A stretch of DNA of 64,000 nucleotides, from positions 17,608,001 through 17,672,000 of the forward strand of contig OZ059895.1 in assembly GCA_964057225.1 (NCBI GenBank), read 5' to 3'. A model generated the notes under the pieces. That model was not told where the DNA came from and did no database searches. It saw nothing but the letters and a program-made list of their open reading frames with translations. This DNA is from Auanema rhodensis (lineage: Eukaryota; Animalia; Nematoda). The position numbers and the translations under genes are program-made. Shown here piece after piece: positions 14,598 through 29,249 of this stretch (its first letter is position 1; every line of letters begins with the position of its first letter).

Positions 14598-17523
14598 CCA
14601 CTCTTTTTTACTTTCTTCTACTTAGACTTATGCTTTTCCTAAATTTTTAGTTGTTATCAGGTACTTCTACTTCCACTTCCTTCTTCTCAAATCTTTCCCT
14701 GTTTATTCATGCTTTTCTACCGATGCATGCTATGAAACATTTTTTTGATTGAAAGACGTTAGCTGAAAGTTCAACCAATTTCTTTCTTTCGTTCTTTTTC
14801 ACTTATAAGCTCAGGTTACGACAGATGAATGTCCATTACTACTACCCTGTTACATGTCATGATGAGAAAATCCTAGACAGGAAGAATGAAAGAGGGGAAA
14901 AAAACATTCTAAACTCGAACTTTACGGATAATCTATTTGAATGTGAAACAGTGCTAAATGCTTAAGATCTTTTCCATCAGTAATATCGAAAAATTGTAAA
15001 GGCCAGCTTATTAGCTCAAAGAGTTCCTTGAGCAACTTATGCTTTTGCTAGCTGAATAACTTCCGCTACGACTGCTCGACGGGTCTGCAGGCGTGGTACT
15101 TGCACAGGCAGACACATTCTGCGAGCCACCCACACCGAGACATACACACATACACAAGCATTTTAGGCTTCATCCGAAGGTCATCTGTGGATATTCTCAC
15201 TTTGCTTTCCAGCATGCAATGCATTTGATCTCTTTGTATTCGTTTATGAGTTATTGGTCAGCTGGCTATTCCTACACGTTATTTGTGCCTCTAAGATGCA
15301 AAATCTCAACAAGGATGTCAATTCCTTTTCTCTTTCCCTTCTTTTCCTTTCTCTCGTTCTCTCTCTTTCACACATACTCTCTATCTACCTCTCTTCATCT
15401 TTATATCTGTGCTTCTGCACTCTCGCTCTCTCTTTCATTCTCTTCTGCCTATCGGCTGTTCTCTTACCATATATTGCTCTGAAGCTCTTCTTGAAACTCC
15501 AGCTGATCCCATTCATTTGTATTCAACAATAACTGCCCTCAGCTCAGCAGAATGTGAACGTTCCAATTCTTGTCGTTTTCTCTTCGCTTATTGACGATGT
15601 GCCCGCTTTTCTACCAGGCCTGCCCTGTCTTTCCTTCTATTTTTCTTACTCGTCTTCGTCTTCGTTCGTTCATCTTTCTCAACCCTCCTTCATAGTCCTT
15701 ACTTGCCAAGCCGTTGTGGTTTGCCTGTCACTTGTCTGTCCGCCATGTTCTCTACTTTTGCTTCTATTCATTCATTTCAATTCTCCTTTCCGTTCCCAAC
15801 TGGAATGAACCTCAACTGTAATGATATTCATTGATCGCTATGCAAATGAGACATTAAAAGCTGTAAATCTGAATGTAATGTGTTTAGATACTAGCTAACC
15901 CCGAGGTGCTACGTTATCTCTTTTATAACTGCTGTCAGAAGGCTTGTCGTCAACTAATCGCTTAATCTAACTTCCAACCCTTGTTCGTTTCCTCACCCCC
16001 ATCTTACTCTTTCCGAAATTTGTGGGATTTCACCCCTTCCCCGCTCTTTCCTACCACATACGCTCTCTTTTCCCTCTCTCGCTCTCTATTCCCTCTGTAT
16101 TATGCGTCTTCATACCAATTCTAATTTCTTCGATAAATCATCATGGCAATGTCATTAGATTACTTACATTCTGAATACAGAATTGAAAATAGAATTCATG
16201 AAATAAGAAAACAGTTAATCATGTACTATCTGTATAACGGTCTCTTTCACGTGTCTCACTCCCTTTCCAAAATTCTATCTTATAGCCTTTCAATCCTGCA
16301 AGTCTTCTAAAATCATTATTTTGTTTATCGTTTTTTCCTCTTGGACGATAACCGAAGAATAAGCTTAGAAACCGTTTACAACTTTCAAAGACTAGACAAG
16401 AGAACACGTCTTGCTACACCGAAGCTTCTTCATGTCAGGGAACAAGCCAGTATTCATTCGCTTTATTCATTCATTTTGTCTTTCTCTCTCTCTCTCTTTC
16501 ACTATTTATTTCATTCTCTCCTTTCTTTTACCCCTTAACTATCCACCAGATTGCAGCTTATGATGACAACCGCAGACTGGGTTAACCAACTGGATATGTA
16601 CTTGTCCGGCTGTCATTCCCTATTTTGGTTCATAGCTAAACCCCTCTCTTCTCTCTACCAGGCATCCTCGTCATCTGGATGTTCACCTCATCTCAGTTCG
16701 TTCATCCTCTCTTGTCTTCTGGTCTCGTGAAGAATACATATACATAGTTTTTAGCCGAAATAATCTGATCTACAAAAGCCCAAGTATTCTTGTACTTCAT
16801 CAGTTTCAGCGTCCGTTCGTTGATTCGCACTTACATTTTTCTTTTTCCATAATACGCTATTTGGATACCAGCTCGTCCTCATTTTGTATATACATATTCT
16901 CATTACTAAGTACAACCTGCTGAGGTGACCTCGCCTGTTTCAACTTGTCTGTTCATAAATTCCATCAGAATGTCATCCGTCTGCTTCTTCTGTTACACGT
17001 CTTTAGTGCTCCTTGAACTCCACTAGTTCTTACTCTTCTCAGTTTGTCTGCCATTCCCTTCCACCTCTCTCACACTTTTCGTTCCTCTTCATTTCCAGTC
17101 TCAAATAAAACTATTCAACGTAATAGATAGAATTGCGTAATGTACTGTTAATTCCCTAAAAAACGACGGTTTTCGGTGAGCAAAATGAAGCTGAAATCTT
17201 CGACTTTGTTGATCAACAGCAGCGATTTCTCCGAATTCACAGTTATTTATTCTTTCCTTTTATGACGTCGTGCGGTGAGTGCTTTTAAGACTTTAGTAAT
17301 ATTGTTCACCGTATTTTTTATTCGTAATACTTTTCTCTTCAAGTTTGTTGCATCATAATAGAACTGAGAAATAGCTGGATTTGATCTGTGAACATACCAG
17401 AAAAAAATTAAGAAAAATTTAAAAAAAGCAAGAAAGAACAGCAGTTATTATGATAATTTTCACATAAATCCTAATTCCGAGATCTGTTATGGTAATTATA
17501 TCTTATATAATTATAATTATATT

Positions 17524-17525
<2 letters not shown>

Positions 17526-17582
<57 letters not shown>
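17526..17582. repeat. (AT)n microsatellite
   Basis: Perfect AT run of about 28 units. Confidence 0.92.
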
Positions 17583-17587
<5 letters not shown>

Positions 17588-20500
17588 CATATATATTACT
17601 TAACTAGTGCTATTGCTTAAAAATAGCTCTTTCATGCTCATTCACATAAAATCCTGCTTTGCGTTCAGCTTTCTTCGTTCAACCAGCTGCAACTGGTATA
17701 TTCTCATATATACGCTTTGTTCACGTGCATGCTTTGCCGACATAAGCTTGAAAGAACAGGAGGGAAGTGCATGAACTTCCTCCCGTTTTCACTAATTATG
17801 TGCACGTCATACCACTTTTGTATACAGCTTGCCATTATGCGGGCAAGCACCTAATGAGGTCATCCTGCTTTCTTGCTGGTCAGCAGCCCCATTACCAGAC
17901 ACAATCAATCAACCACAGTTATTCTCTTTCGTTCTATCTCTCAATCCTATGGCTCAATTTTCTCTTGTAATCTTTCATGCTCTCTCTCTTCTTTCTTTCT
18001 CTACCTCTCTATCTCTCTTCTTACTTACTTACTTTCTTTCTCTCTTTCTTTTTTTCTTTCTCTCTCTCTTTCTCTCTCCCAATCTTCTTCTTTTTCTCCT
18101 TCACTGTCATCAGTGCCTTCTACAGATGAACGTCTGCTTGTTCCATTGCTTGTTTGTTCTTCTAATTGATACATATGCGAGGATTGAACACTCAAAAAGA
18201 AAAAGAGAGAAGAAAGACAATAAAACCTCATCCATCATCCATCGCCGTTCAGAAAAAATTCTTTTAAAAAACGTATTGTAGCCGGAAGACCAGCCGTATG
18301 GCCATCTACCATCCTTTTCATTATAGTATGGCATATCAATTTGAATTATACTAAATTCTCTTTGTGCCTTTGAACATGTAAATGTTTGCATCGAATTGCA
18401 CCTGCAAATCATGTCTCATCATGATTCTACTGCATGCAGTATCCTTTGTTCAGGCTAGGCTATTTGGCAGCGAAAAATGGTTTCGTATCTTGCAAATCTT
18501 AATTGGCTGTTTATTTCATCTCATAAAGATGGTGACTCTTGTCTCTGCTAACCTATTACGAAAAATATAGTCTATATGCTTATAGTTTAATGATACATTC
18601 ACTGACGACATAACATTCATAGATAGATGAACAGAGACATACATATAACCATTTCACGTTCGCTTCTATTCGCTCATTTCTTCATGTGCTCTCTACTTAT
18701 ATCGTCATCTGGAAGGACTCATTTCAATATCTGTCAGCTATTGTTATACTATATACATATAATCTAACCACCATATATTAATTATTTTGGACAATAGCTG
18801 CATACACACATTTGCCATATACTATCTGTGCCAATGTCTTGTTGATGTGTTGTTCCTGAAGCATTGTCTATGTGTTTTTTCCTCGTATTTCGTCTTATTC
18901 TTCTTCTACATGATGTACATGGATTGATTCCTCATTCAATCGTTCATGCTGTGAGATAGAGTGCTGAAAAATACAGATGGATATGGTGCGGGAGGGATGG
19001 TGGGGGGGAGGCATACTGGCTGTATTCAACCCACACTGTCTATACATATAGTTAGGAGGGAAAATTAGCCAGACTCAACGAGAAAAGACCCAAATTAACG
19101 ATAATGAACATAACAAATACTGAATACATATAGTATAAAGAGTATCAGACATGAATATAAATTATCCATCTGCTTCTTTTGGTCGACTAATCTCTTGTCC
19201 TTCTATTCATCTCATTCAGCAGTTCCGTTCAACTGTTGGTCGATGATTGAAGCTTCCGTATCTAACTTTAACGAATGACTTCCATCAAGCCATCACATCT
19301 ACTGTTCATCAGGTTTTTTTTCAGTTAAAGTTCTCTGTACTACCTAAAGTACTTCGTGCCCTGCTCCCTCTTCTCATCCTCCTCACGTCATTGTCGTCCT
19401 CGTCGCATGGACTATAGTGTTTCCTGGCCTCTTCTCCGCGCATTTTTTCGGTCCTCCATCCGTTTATATTTATATCCGAAGACATAATGTAGTCAGATGT
19501 AGTTCGCTCATAACATTTTAGTTTTTTTTTTCATCCAAACTACTCATCAGAATACCTCACATCGTGTATTGCTTGCTTTGCTTGTTTTCTATCTGATGTT
19601 TTCTTTGATTTCCGCTAGAATTTAGATTGACACATCATGTTTATGTTGTATTTATATAGACAGCCGGCTTCTATCTACTCTAAACTTATATATTTTGATT
19701 GAAAATGCTCAAAGGCAATCGGAATATGCTAAAGAGAGTTAGATGAATACGGAAAGAAGAAGCGTTCAATACTTATCTGTTAATTTCCTTCAGATTCCAT
19801 AATTAAGTGTTTGAACTAGGCCATCTAAACCAACTTTTCATTTATTCTCTTACTATCTCATCCCTTCTTCGTCTCTCTCTCTATCTCTAATCCTTACTTC
19901 CTCTCTATCTTTTTCTCTCGTTAAGTTTCATTTAATACTCCTCCCCTTTTCCTCACTTTGTTTCTATTTTCTTAGCCGATGAACTAGTGGGTTGAATCCC
20001 CCCTCCATAGAAATACTGTGCAGTAACAATTTTTATTTTCTCTCTCTCTCTTTCTCTCTCTCTCCGTCTCTCTTTTTATCTTTTCTTCGTTTCATCACTT
20101 GGTAAAAAACCTGATGTCCTTACTGAATAACTAAAATATTATTTCTCTTCTTAGCAGACCTAAAATCATCCAGTCATCTTCAACACAACCTATAGACTTA
20201 AAATTGAAGAGTTATCCTACACATAGTTCTTTAGAAGTTTCAATTTATTACTGTTGTTATATATTATAAAATTATTATAACTATTACTAATTCTAATTAT
20301 TTTCAACTTTCTACTCTATATTTATCATATGATTTGCTTATTCATTTGTTTCTTCGTGTTTTTTTTTGTTTTCCTCTTGAATTCATCGAAGCAGCCGCGG
20401 CTGCAAATATGGATGCCAATGATATATAGGAAAACAACTGTACTTAATAAGTACTTTATGAGCAAATATGCGTATGTATCAATTGAATTATTCTGCTTCT

Positions 20501-21117
20501 TTTGTTCTTTTTTCGTCTTAATGCTTCATCATTTCCTTTTTTTTCATCATTTTGGCAGACTATGATCACGATCATCATTATCAACATACTCGTCATCGAT
20601 ATGTTAGCTTAGGAAAAGAAAAAAAAAGAGTATTTTTCTGTTATGGAATTCTGCATATGATTATTAGAAATGGAGCATGTTGTATACATATAGAATGTGC
20701 GTACTATATGTATATACTAGGGTGGTGACATAAGTTCTTTACCCTTTTACTCTCACTATCTCTGTTCTGATCGTTTAACAAAAAAGTTGAAAAGTATTGC
20801 ATTTTTCTGTTTTGTTATATCTATATAGTATATAGAATAATGAATTGAAACTATTAAGATCATTCCATCTTAATGCTTTAAAGTTTATCATCGGTTTGCA
20901 TCTTTGCATCATTGACCCTCAAGATAATGCTTCGCTCAGCTGTGAAGCTTGGATGTTCCAATGAGATGTCGACGTCTGTTCAGCGTTCCTATTCTTGCGC
21001 ATATAACCTCGGTTCTTATTCCCTAAATTCGGCGCTATTATGCCCTAAGGGCATGTGGTGTACATGCAAATGTGTTTAATGGAGATGAACCCTAGAAAGT
21101 GAATGAAGAAGCAAAGC

Positions 21118-21153
21118 AGAGAAAAGAAAGAGAAAAGAGAGAGAGAGGGAGAA

Positions 21154-21210
<57 letters not shown>
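21118..21210. repeat. Imperfect (GA)n microsatellite / polypurine tract
   Basis: About 90 bp of A/G only; it explains the spurious ERERER and LSLSLS ORFs. Confidence 0.88.
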
Positions 21211-21213
<3 letters not shown>

Positions 21214-22290
21214 CCAAGAGACCTATCCATACCAAGAGAAAAGGCGGGAAGACGAGGGGTTAAAGATAGTAAGCTTAGAAAGAAGTAGTTAGCCCAAGAT
21301 GTCATCTGTGATGGCGGTCACTAATAAGATCGCTTTGCCATCTAACTGCAGACGGCAACAGATTGCGGAATGTTGAATACTCTCTCACTATCTCTCTCCT
21401 TTTATCTCTATGTTTTGATCTATACAGCTACTTCAAAATACAAGAATGAAATTCAGTTATTTTTCATGTTTATATATCATTCATGTTCCGTACATTCGTA
21501 CTTTGCATGACACGTATGTGATTGGAAGCACGTGATGAACACCATCGGTACTTGTACTCACCTCTTTCTCAGATTAATTTGTTTACAAAAAAAAGGGTGG
21601 GAGGAGGGGTAGAAAAAGAGAATTGTTCTGGTTACATGTTCATGGGAATATCGTGGCTTATTCTAATATAGAATATGTGCAGCATTTTTATTTTTTTAAA
21701 ATATTTCTCTTAATTTTGTTCTTCTTTCTTAATTTCTCTAAATTTTAATGTTTCAATTTCTATCATATTTACAAGCAAATGTGCTTGTCAATCTTAATCT
21801 TTATATATGAGCAGCTCTCGTCTTGCTCCTTCTGGCTACTGCAATAGCTGATGTTGCTGCTTCTTCTGATACATTGTCATCTTCAAGCTGGATCCAATTG
21901 CTGATGTTTCTGCTGTCTTGCCATTCGTGTCGTACTCTCTCTCTCTCTCTCTTAGATTCAAAATCATGTGTATAGATCATGCTATGCAATTCTCTCATAC
22001 ACTCTATCTACCATGACTTCTGTTTCTGATTTTCAAATATCTTCGTCATTCTTCTGTTCTTAATTGTATTGTTCTTCAATTTTGCATTTGGTGCCGACCA
22101 CGACACTTACTTTTCTTTGGCTTCATCTTGTTATTATTCATTGAAATTTGAGACATTTTCTTTCAGCCTTTTTCTGTCGTTAGTTCATTTAAAATGTTTT
22201 TTCTTTTCTTTAATCTTTCTTCTCAACGGTTTTTTTTCCATTTTGCTGATTGTTTTCTGCATACTTTAGTTTGATTTTTCAGAATTTTGG

Positions 22291-25021
22291 ATGATGAGCC
22301 TGATCGAGCCTGCACTTGTTTTGGCTCGCTGTCCAGAGGCAGCTTCATCCACATCTGTCTTATCTCAGCCTCGAACGTATTCGAGCAATCAAACATCATC
22401 GGAAACTGTCGATGATTCACAGTCAACGTCATCTGTAGACAGTGGACATGTGTCATCCGGATCTTACAATCACGTAGGCTTTTTTTAAATTTTTCATGTG
22501 AGAAAATGTAAGATAAAGAAGGAGAGAGAAATGAGGATGCAAAAGCTGGAAGAAAAACGTTTAGTTAAGTGTGAGGTAGTGAGAGACCGACATGGAAATG
22601 AAGTGATATGAGATGCTAGATTGTTCCTGATCTGCAAGAAAATAATAGTTTTTCTATTCGCAAAGATCAAAAAAATATAGTTTTGAAGCTTGAAATAAAT
22701 GGTTCTATCAATCAAATGAATTTTTCAATTGATTTTTTAGCATATGTCTGTTGAAAATGAGCCATTAATTGAGAATGAAGAATCTTTAACATTATGGAAA
22801 ACGAATAATTTGACTCAGATGGATCGTACATTGAGCAAAGGTACTGTTGCACTTTAAACTATGTACATACAGTTTAGTATAAAGCAAATTTTTTAAAATT
22901 TAATATGTGAATAATAAATATTTTCCATTTTTTAGTTTCACTAGCATCGACCTCATCTGCTTCATTATGTAGAATATGTCATACGGAATTCATCTCTAAT
23001 CGGGATCCATTTGTATCTCCATGTCGTTGCTCAGGCAGCTTATTATACGTTCATCGTAGTTGTTTGGTTGTAAGCTTTATCATATATATTAGCATATCTA
23101 TATAATATTTGTTACAGCATTGGCTTGAACTGTCAACGAGAAAATTCATCCCTTCACCGCGTTGTGAGCTTTGCTGTTATGACTACAAGCGTGGAGCTTG
23201 CTTAAATGTATGTTTCATAAGCTTTATATAATATGTTCCTAGGTTTTCGTAAATAGCGATGCCATTTTTTGGTTACATTTAAATATATTTGGTGATAATT
23301 CAATTATTGTACATAGTAATTTTATGTCATATCATATTGAACTTTGAGCTTTATCGAGCTCATGTTCGTTGCTTTTTCTCAAATTAGTGTCAGAGTAAGC
23401 AACTAAACGATCAAACGACGATTCAGACCAAAACAAAGTGATGAAATGTTCGGTGTAAGCCAAACATAAACCATTTCAATCCACAACAACACCGCTCAAT
23501 GTATTTTATTTCAGCTTCGTTCTCTGCATTTTCCAACTCTTGGATATCGGGACCGTCTTCTGAATATTTTATTTCTCATCTCAACGATTCTTATGTTCAT
23601 CAGTGCTGCTATGGCTTTTCACTTCCTTCTCATGGCTGACAAATATCATGCAGCATTCAGGTGAGAGCTATTCTTCTTCTTCATTATTTAAAATTTTTTT
23701 GATGAAAATACACAAAACAGTTTCTCATCCATCATGATATTCTCAGCTCATCTGCATGTTTTCACATTTTTGTCATTTTATTTATTTTCTGAAATGTTTT
23801 AAAGATCTATACTTTGTTCTTTGCCCCCAACCCCTACACTCTTGTTTGAAAACGAGCGTAGGTTGAAAATGGAACTTCCTCTTCATACTTATATTTTTTT
23901 AAATATTTCTAAAATGTTTTATTTCTATGATGCCTGAACAGATAATGTAACAACAGCCTATGATCCATATATCTATCTGGATATGTGCATTGACCATGTG
24001 CCAAGAGGTACTAAGCTGTAAGTAAGTAATTCAATCATTCTCTTGCGATCTTTCTCGCTCGTCCCTCTCTCTCTTACTTCTATCTCTCTTTGTCTTTAAG
24101 AATCTTTGTCTCTGTTTCTTTTTCTCTTACTTTATCGTTCTCTCTTATATCTTTCTGGAATGGTGGTGATGATGAAGATGATTGCATTTCCACAGATGCT
24201 GTCGTCGTACAACATCCATGTCCAAGCATGCTGACCACTACATCTACCACCATCTAATTATATTTGTCATGCTTCACTTAGGTTTTAAATAAAATTTAAA
24301 TCTAAGTCTAAATAGAACATAGAGCTTGACTAATTTCCAAATTGTGAATTACGTTTTGGCATTTAACTTGCTCCGCTAATTTCCAACTGAATTATAGTTG
24401 TCGTCTTTCCATCTCTTACCATTCTATTTCCTCTTAATATCCCAGTTATAGCTCAGAGTCTATCCCGAATATTCTATCCCGTATACTATAATCTAGGGAT
24501 AAATCTTGTAAATATGAAAGATCCAACATATACTTGAACTTAAGCATCATGAAAACATAACAGTTTTTCATTCTTTCAGAGGTTTCCGGGCCGTTTCAGC
24601 TACCTTGACATACGATGATATTTCAATTATAATATGCGCAGCTCTATTCTTCATTAGTTTTTTTACTGCAGTTTTCACTCAATATAGGTAATTATTGAAA
24701 TTATTAATGAAATAACCTTATTTTCTTATTTGATTTCAGAGCTGAAGCCTCTATATTCAGACTTATTTTCCGTTTTTTTGTTATTAATAGCAATTGGACG
24801 ATTCGAAATTATGATATAAGGTATACAAAATAATGAAAAACGTTTATTCATTTTTATGAACATTCAGAGATGATCCAGAAATGCTTGCAATTCGACAAGC
24901 ACGTGCTGAAGGCCGTATAGCTCCAACACTGACAACTATGAAATCAAAAGACGGTTCTAACTCCGTTCCTCCCGGACAACCTGTTCCGTTTCCTCTACTA
25001 TTTAGTGGAGCGATCGTCTAA
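22291..25021 (+). CDS. MARCH-family membrane-associated RING-CH E3 ubiquitin ligase (multi-exon)
   Basis: Phase-consistent GT-AG exons 22291-22473, 22741-22840, 22936-23069, 23118-23207, 23515-23660, 24580-24687, 24740-24820, 24868-25021. They give the RING-CH motif CRICH...PCRCSGSLLYVHRSCLVHWL...CELC followed by two hydrophobic TM segments (LLNILFLISTILMFISAAMAF; ISIIICAALFFISFFTAVF). An acceptor at 22282 implies upstream exon(s) or trans-splicing. The start and last exon are uncertain. Confidence 0.85.
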
Positions 25022-27537
25022 AAATAATTTTATTATTATCTTAACGTTCAGTATTCCGGTTGAGGATTGAAGATATGCTTTGAGATTTGTCGTCTCATGT
25101 TCTATCTTTCATATGAACCCTCCTTTTCTCCATCTCTCTCTCCCCCCTCTCTCTCTCCCTCTCTCTCTCTTTTCTGTTTTGTCCTCCTTTATATATATTT
25201 GTACATACTATATCGTATAATCAACATTTCACCTTCGTGTCAATAGTTATTGTATTTTTTTCATCAAATCATCAAATGATTAAAGAAAGGTAGTTTTCTC
25301 TGTTTGCTTCATTTTGATGATTATTCTGTAACCTCAGTCCTTTTCATCTATTTTATCACGTTTTCTTTATTTGGAAAGTCTTGTAAGCAAGATTTTCGAT
25401 TTTAGTCTCTCTTTGCTGTTTGAAGCCTTGTTTTCATTTTTTTCTCAAAGAAAAATAGAAAAAATCCAGAACATTCTATCTATCATCTATCACTCATGAA
25501 GCATCCACCCTCACCACGTGTCGATACTTTCCTTCTTCCCGTACTTCTGCCTCTCTTCCACACACATGCTCCCATCTTTCTCTGTTGATTTTTTTTTTGA
25601 GAATTTTATTTCTATGCAATGCTATTCTTAATTATTTCTACTTCATTTTTGCTTTTTAAAAGTTCTAGTAGCTGGATTGACAGCTGTTGTGTTCATGCAT
25701 TCTGCTTCCCTTCGGTGTTTGTGTGTGTGTACACCGCCCCAGCCAGCACTCTGTTGCTGCTCTCGTTCGAACCTACCGCGACAATTATCTTATCAGCAGT
25801 CATCACAAACGTTCTACGGGTAGTAAATTCAAACGATGTTTTGCTTTTGTTCTCGTTTTTTGGAACATTTTTGACCTCAACATGCATCATAACCTTACAA
25901 ATTCTCTTCACCTCAACCAGATAATTCTATATTTACCTCAAATCTTTAAGATATTTTCATACTTCTTGCAAGTCATTGTACATACTCATCTTGTTATCTG
26001 ACCTTTATTTTTCCGATATCGCATGAAGTATTGGCTCTGCTCAGATTACAATAACGTTTCTGTTCCTTGAGCTTATATCTTTCATCGTGTCTATACTGTC
26101 TCTCATTATCTCTTCACCTGCTTGAATGTGTAGCTTCTTCTGCAATAGCCGTAGAAGTATCACAACATCAGCACAACAACCCAACAACCCAACTCAAGTC
26201 CTACCCGAGTCCTATGTGTGTGTCTCCTCATCTTCTTATCACTTTGAGAAACCAAATATCTTCAGAAATGAGAGTGAAAGCTAAAGAAACAACTTAAAAA
26301 AACGTGTTTCCAAACTAGAATTGAGAAACGTGGTATAATTTGATTAACAATACTTGACGGATTATATGTTTTGTTATGTTTTTATTAGTAATATTAATGA
26401 TTGTCGTGGAGTTATCAGTCTATATCATCCTCAGGTTCTTCAACTATGTTTTTTTGTGAACATTATTTTGTCTGTTTGTATGTTTTGTGTACTTTTCCTC
26501 ATTTTTTTCCCAATTTCTTGTCACTTTTCCCATGCCTAGTGCCTTTCAATATTCTTGCCAATAAAAATATTTTTAAATCAATTAGTTTTATCTATTTATA
26601 ATGCTTTTTCCAACAAACATTTATATTGAATATAGAGTGATATTATTCACTTAGTTTGTAATCAATTAAACAACAATTAACTCTTATAATCTCTCTCTCT
26701 CTCTCTCTATCTATCTTTAGTTGCCTGAGCTTTTTTCATTTCAAAATGGTTTCAGAAAATTTTGCTCAATTAAGATAAGAAATACTGCTACTACTAGAAA
26801 AGAATGCTGATTAGTCTTATTTATCAATAATATTGAAGAACAAAGTTTTTTTCTTTAAACTCTTGATTATTATTTTTTTTAGAAAAATTACCTTTTAGTA
26901 TAATGGCTAATATTATATAGCAACATTTATTTATATTCTTATATAACTATCACTTCATTATATCATCATTTCTTATTGTAGAACTAGAAAAAACTTGTAA
27001 AATGGAACTTAGCTATGCATTCTATATCATTTGATAATGAAAGAAACCAGAAAAGAAACAAGATTTTTGATTATTTCATCTTTAACTGTGTTGTGTATTC
27101 TAATAGGATAAAAATAATTTAATGTTTATCTATTTCAAGCATTCTATTCAACTTTTTAACAACTTAAATTTTTATTTTCCCTTTTATTTCTTCAAATTCA
27201 CACAATTGATTAGTTCAAAACGAAACAATGTGATTTCATTCACTTTATGAATATCTCCTGATTTTCTTTTTCTTACAATTGTGATATATATTGGTCAAAA
27301 ACAATGCTAGAAAACATTTCAAGCTTTGAATTGTCTTGGCTACACAGCTGTCTCGATGAGGTTCTATAACCTTCGGTTCTTCTCTCCGTTCAAAATCGAT
27401 TGCAGAGAAATCTAAGTTTTCTAGCTCTTTGGCATTCACAAAAAAATTGCATTTTTCTTACTTTAATTACATCGTATTCATGAATTTATATAAACAGATT
27501 GTTTCATTGTAGCTATTACGTTACGCAATTGTTCAGA

Positions 27538-29249
27538 ATGCTTTCTCGTGTTCTACCAAGCTGGAGCCGTACTGTCAGCTCGACGGCATCCTGTTCGGCA
27601 GTAGCAGCTTCAGCTATTCGAACTCATAAAATTCCTGGAAAACGAGTGAGTGAGCAATTTTCATATCATAAAACAAAAAAATTTCACGACTTCATCCAAT
27701 TTACAAGTTTATTTAAATACTCAGGAGCCCCAGGCTAAGTATGGCGGTCGGCATACTGTAACATTGCTACCTGGAGATGGAATTGGCCCAGAAATGCTTA
27801 TTCACATCAGAAAAATTTTCGGTTTTTGTAACGTGAGTTTGACAAAAGAAATTTTTACAATTATTCTTTTCGGTTTAGGCTCCAATTGATTTTGAAGAAG
27901 TAACACTTAGTTCCAGCTTGGAGCATGGTGATATGGATGCGGCTCTGATGGCAATTGAAAGAAATGGGGTTGCTTTGAAGGTATGCATTGAATTATCAAC
28001 TTTTTCGCTGTGCACTGTGAGAATAGTATCTTTAACGCTTAGGGTAATATCGAAACAAAACATGACAATCCAGTCTTCAAATCACGCAATGTGGAGTTAC
28101 GTTCTCGCTTGGATTTATATGCCAATGTTCTTCACTGTGTCACTATTCCAACAATTCCAAGTAGACATAAGGTTGGTAATATCAAGTTGTATTTTTCAAA
28201 TTAACTACTTATGAACAATAACATAATTTTTAGAATATTGATGTAGTTTTGATCCGTGAAAACACCGAAGGCGAGTATTCAGGTTTGGAACATGAGAGTA
28301 TTCCAGGAGTTGTAGAAAGCATCAAGGTTTGTTACTCCAATACCATGATTTTCAAAGTTTTAATTCATTTTTAGATTGTTACTAAAGATAAAATTGAAAG
28401 AATTGCTAGAATGGCTTTCGAATACGCTGTGATTAATAATCGCAAAAAGGTTACTGCTGTACATAAGGCTAACATCCAAAAATTAGGTGATGGCCTTTTC
28501 CTACAGGTAAGCTCAAGTTTATAAAAAATTTTTCTTATAGTTGGAAATGTAAGAAACATTTTTTAGGTTGTACGTGATATGGCTAAGAATGATTATCCAA
28601 CCATTGAGTTTGAGTCCATGATTGTGGATAATGCATCAATGCAACTCGTGAGTTCGTCGTTTACCAAACAGATATATTAATTAAATATTCTTTTCAGGTA
28701 TCTAAGCCACAACAGTTTGATGTTATGGTTATGCCTAATCTTTACGGAAATATTATTTCAAATATCGCTTGCGGGCTTGTAGGCGGACCTGGTTTGGTAT
28801 CTGGCATGAATCTCGGAAGAAATTATGCTGTATTTGAGACGGTATATGGGAGAACTGCTCTTATATATTCATTTTTTTTAATTCTATAGGGTACCAGAAA
28901 TACTGGAACATCATTAGTTGGTAAAGATTTGGCTAATCCAACAGCCTTTATCAGAGCCGGTGTTGATATGTTGAGGTTCAACTTGATCTCAGTTACAGCG
29001 TAATGCTTATAATTTAGATACCTTGGTTGTAACTATCACGCAAACCTCATTTCTGATGCTTTATGGAAAGCATTGGTTAGCGAACAAGTTCATACAAGCG
29101 ATGTTGGAGGAACAGCAAAGGTAATAAGATAATGAGTCCTTGAATTCAGAAACTGAAACATCTTTCAGACTAGTGAACTAGTTGATGCAACTCTTCGAAA
29201 TATTGAAATTCTCATGCAAGATCCCACTCGTAAACAACTTGAGAAGTAA
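27538..29249 (+). CDS. idhg-2: NAD-dependent isocitrate dehydrogenase 3 gamma subunit, mitochondrial (388 aa, 11 exons)
   Basis: Exons 27538-27645, 27725-27832, 27879-27980, 28043-28171, 28234-28326, 28375-28506, 28567-28647, 28698-28841, 28890-28975, 29018-29120, 29169-29249 splice in frame. Motifs: [60 protein letters not shown]. The N-terminus is an R/S/A-rich presequence. The idhg-2 versus idhg-1 call is from recalled sequence similarity. Confidence 0.93.

Noticed and set aside
410-22269. Dozens of short F/L/S-rich or ER-repeat ORFs in the ORF track
   Set aside because: They are products of CT/GA/T-rich low-complexity DNA, with no domains and no consistent splice structure.
22572-22592. 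let-7-like TGAGGTAGT in a MARCH intron
   Set aside because: Only 9 nt match, and no precursor hairpin is evident.
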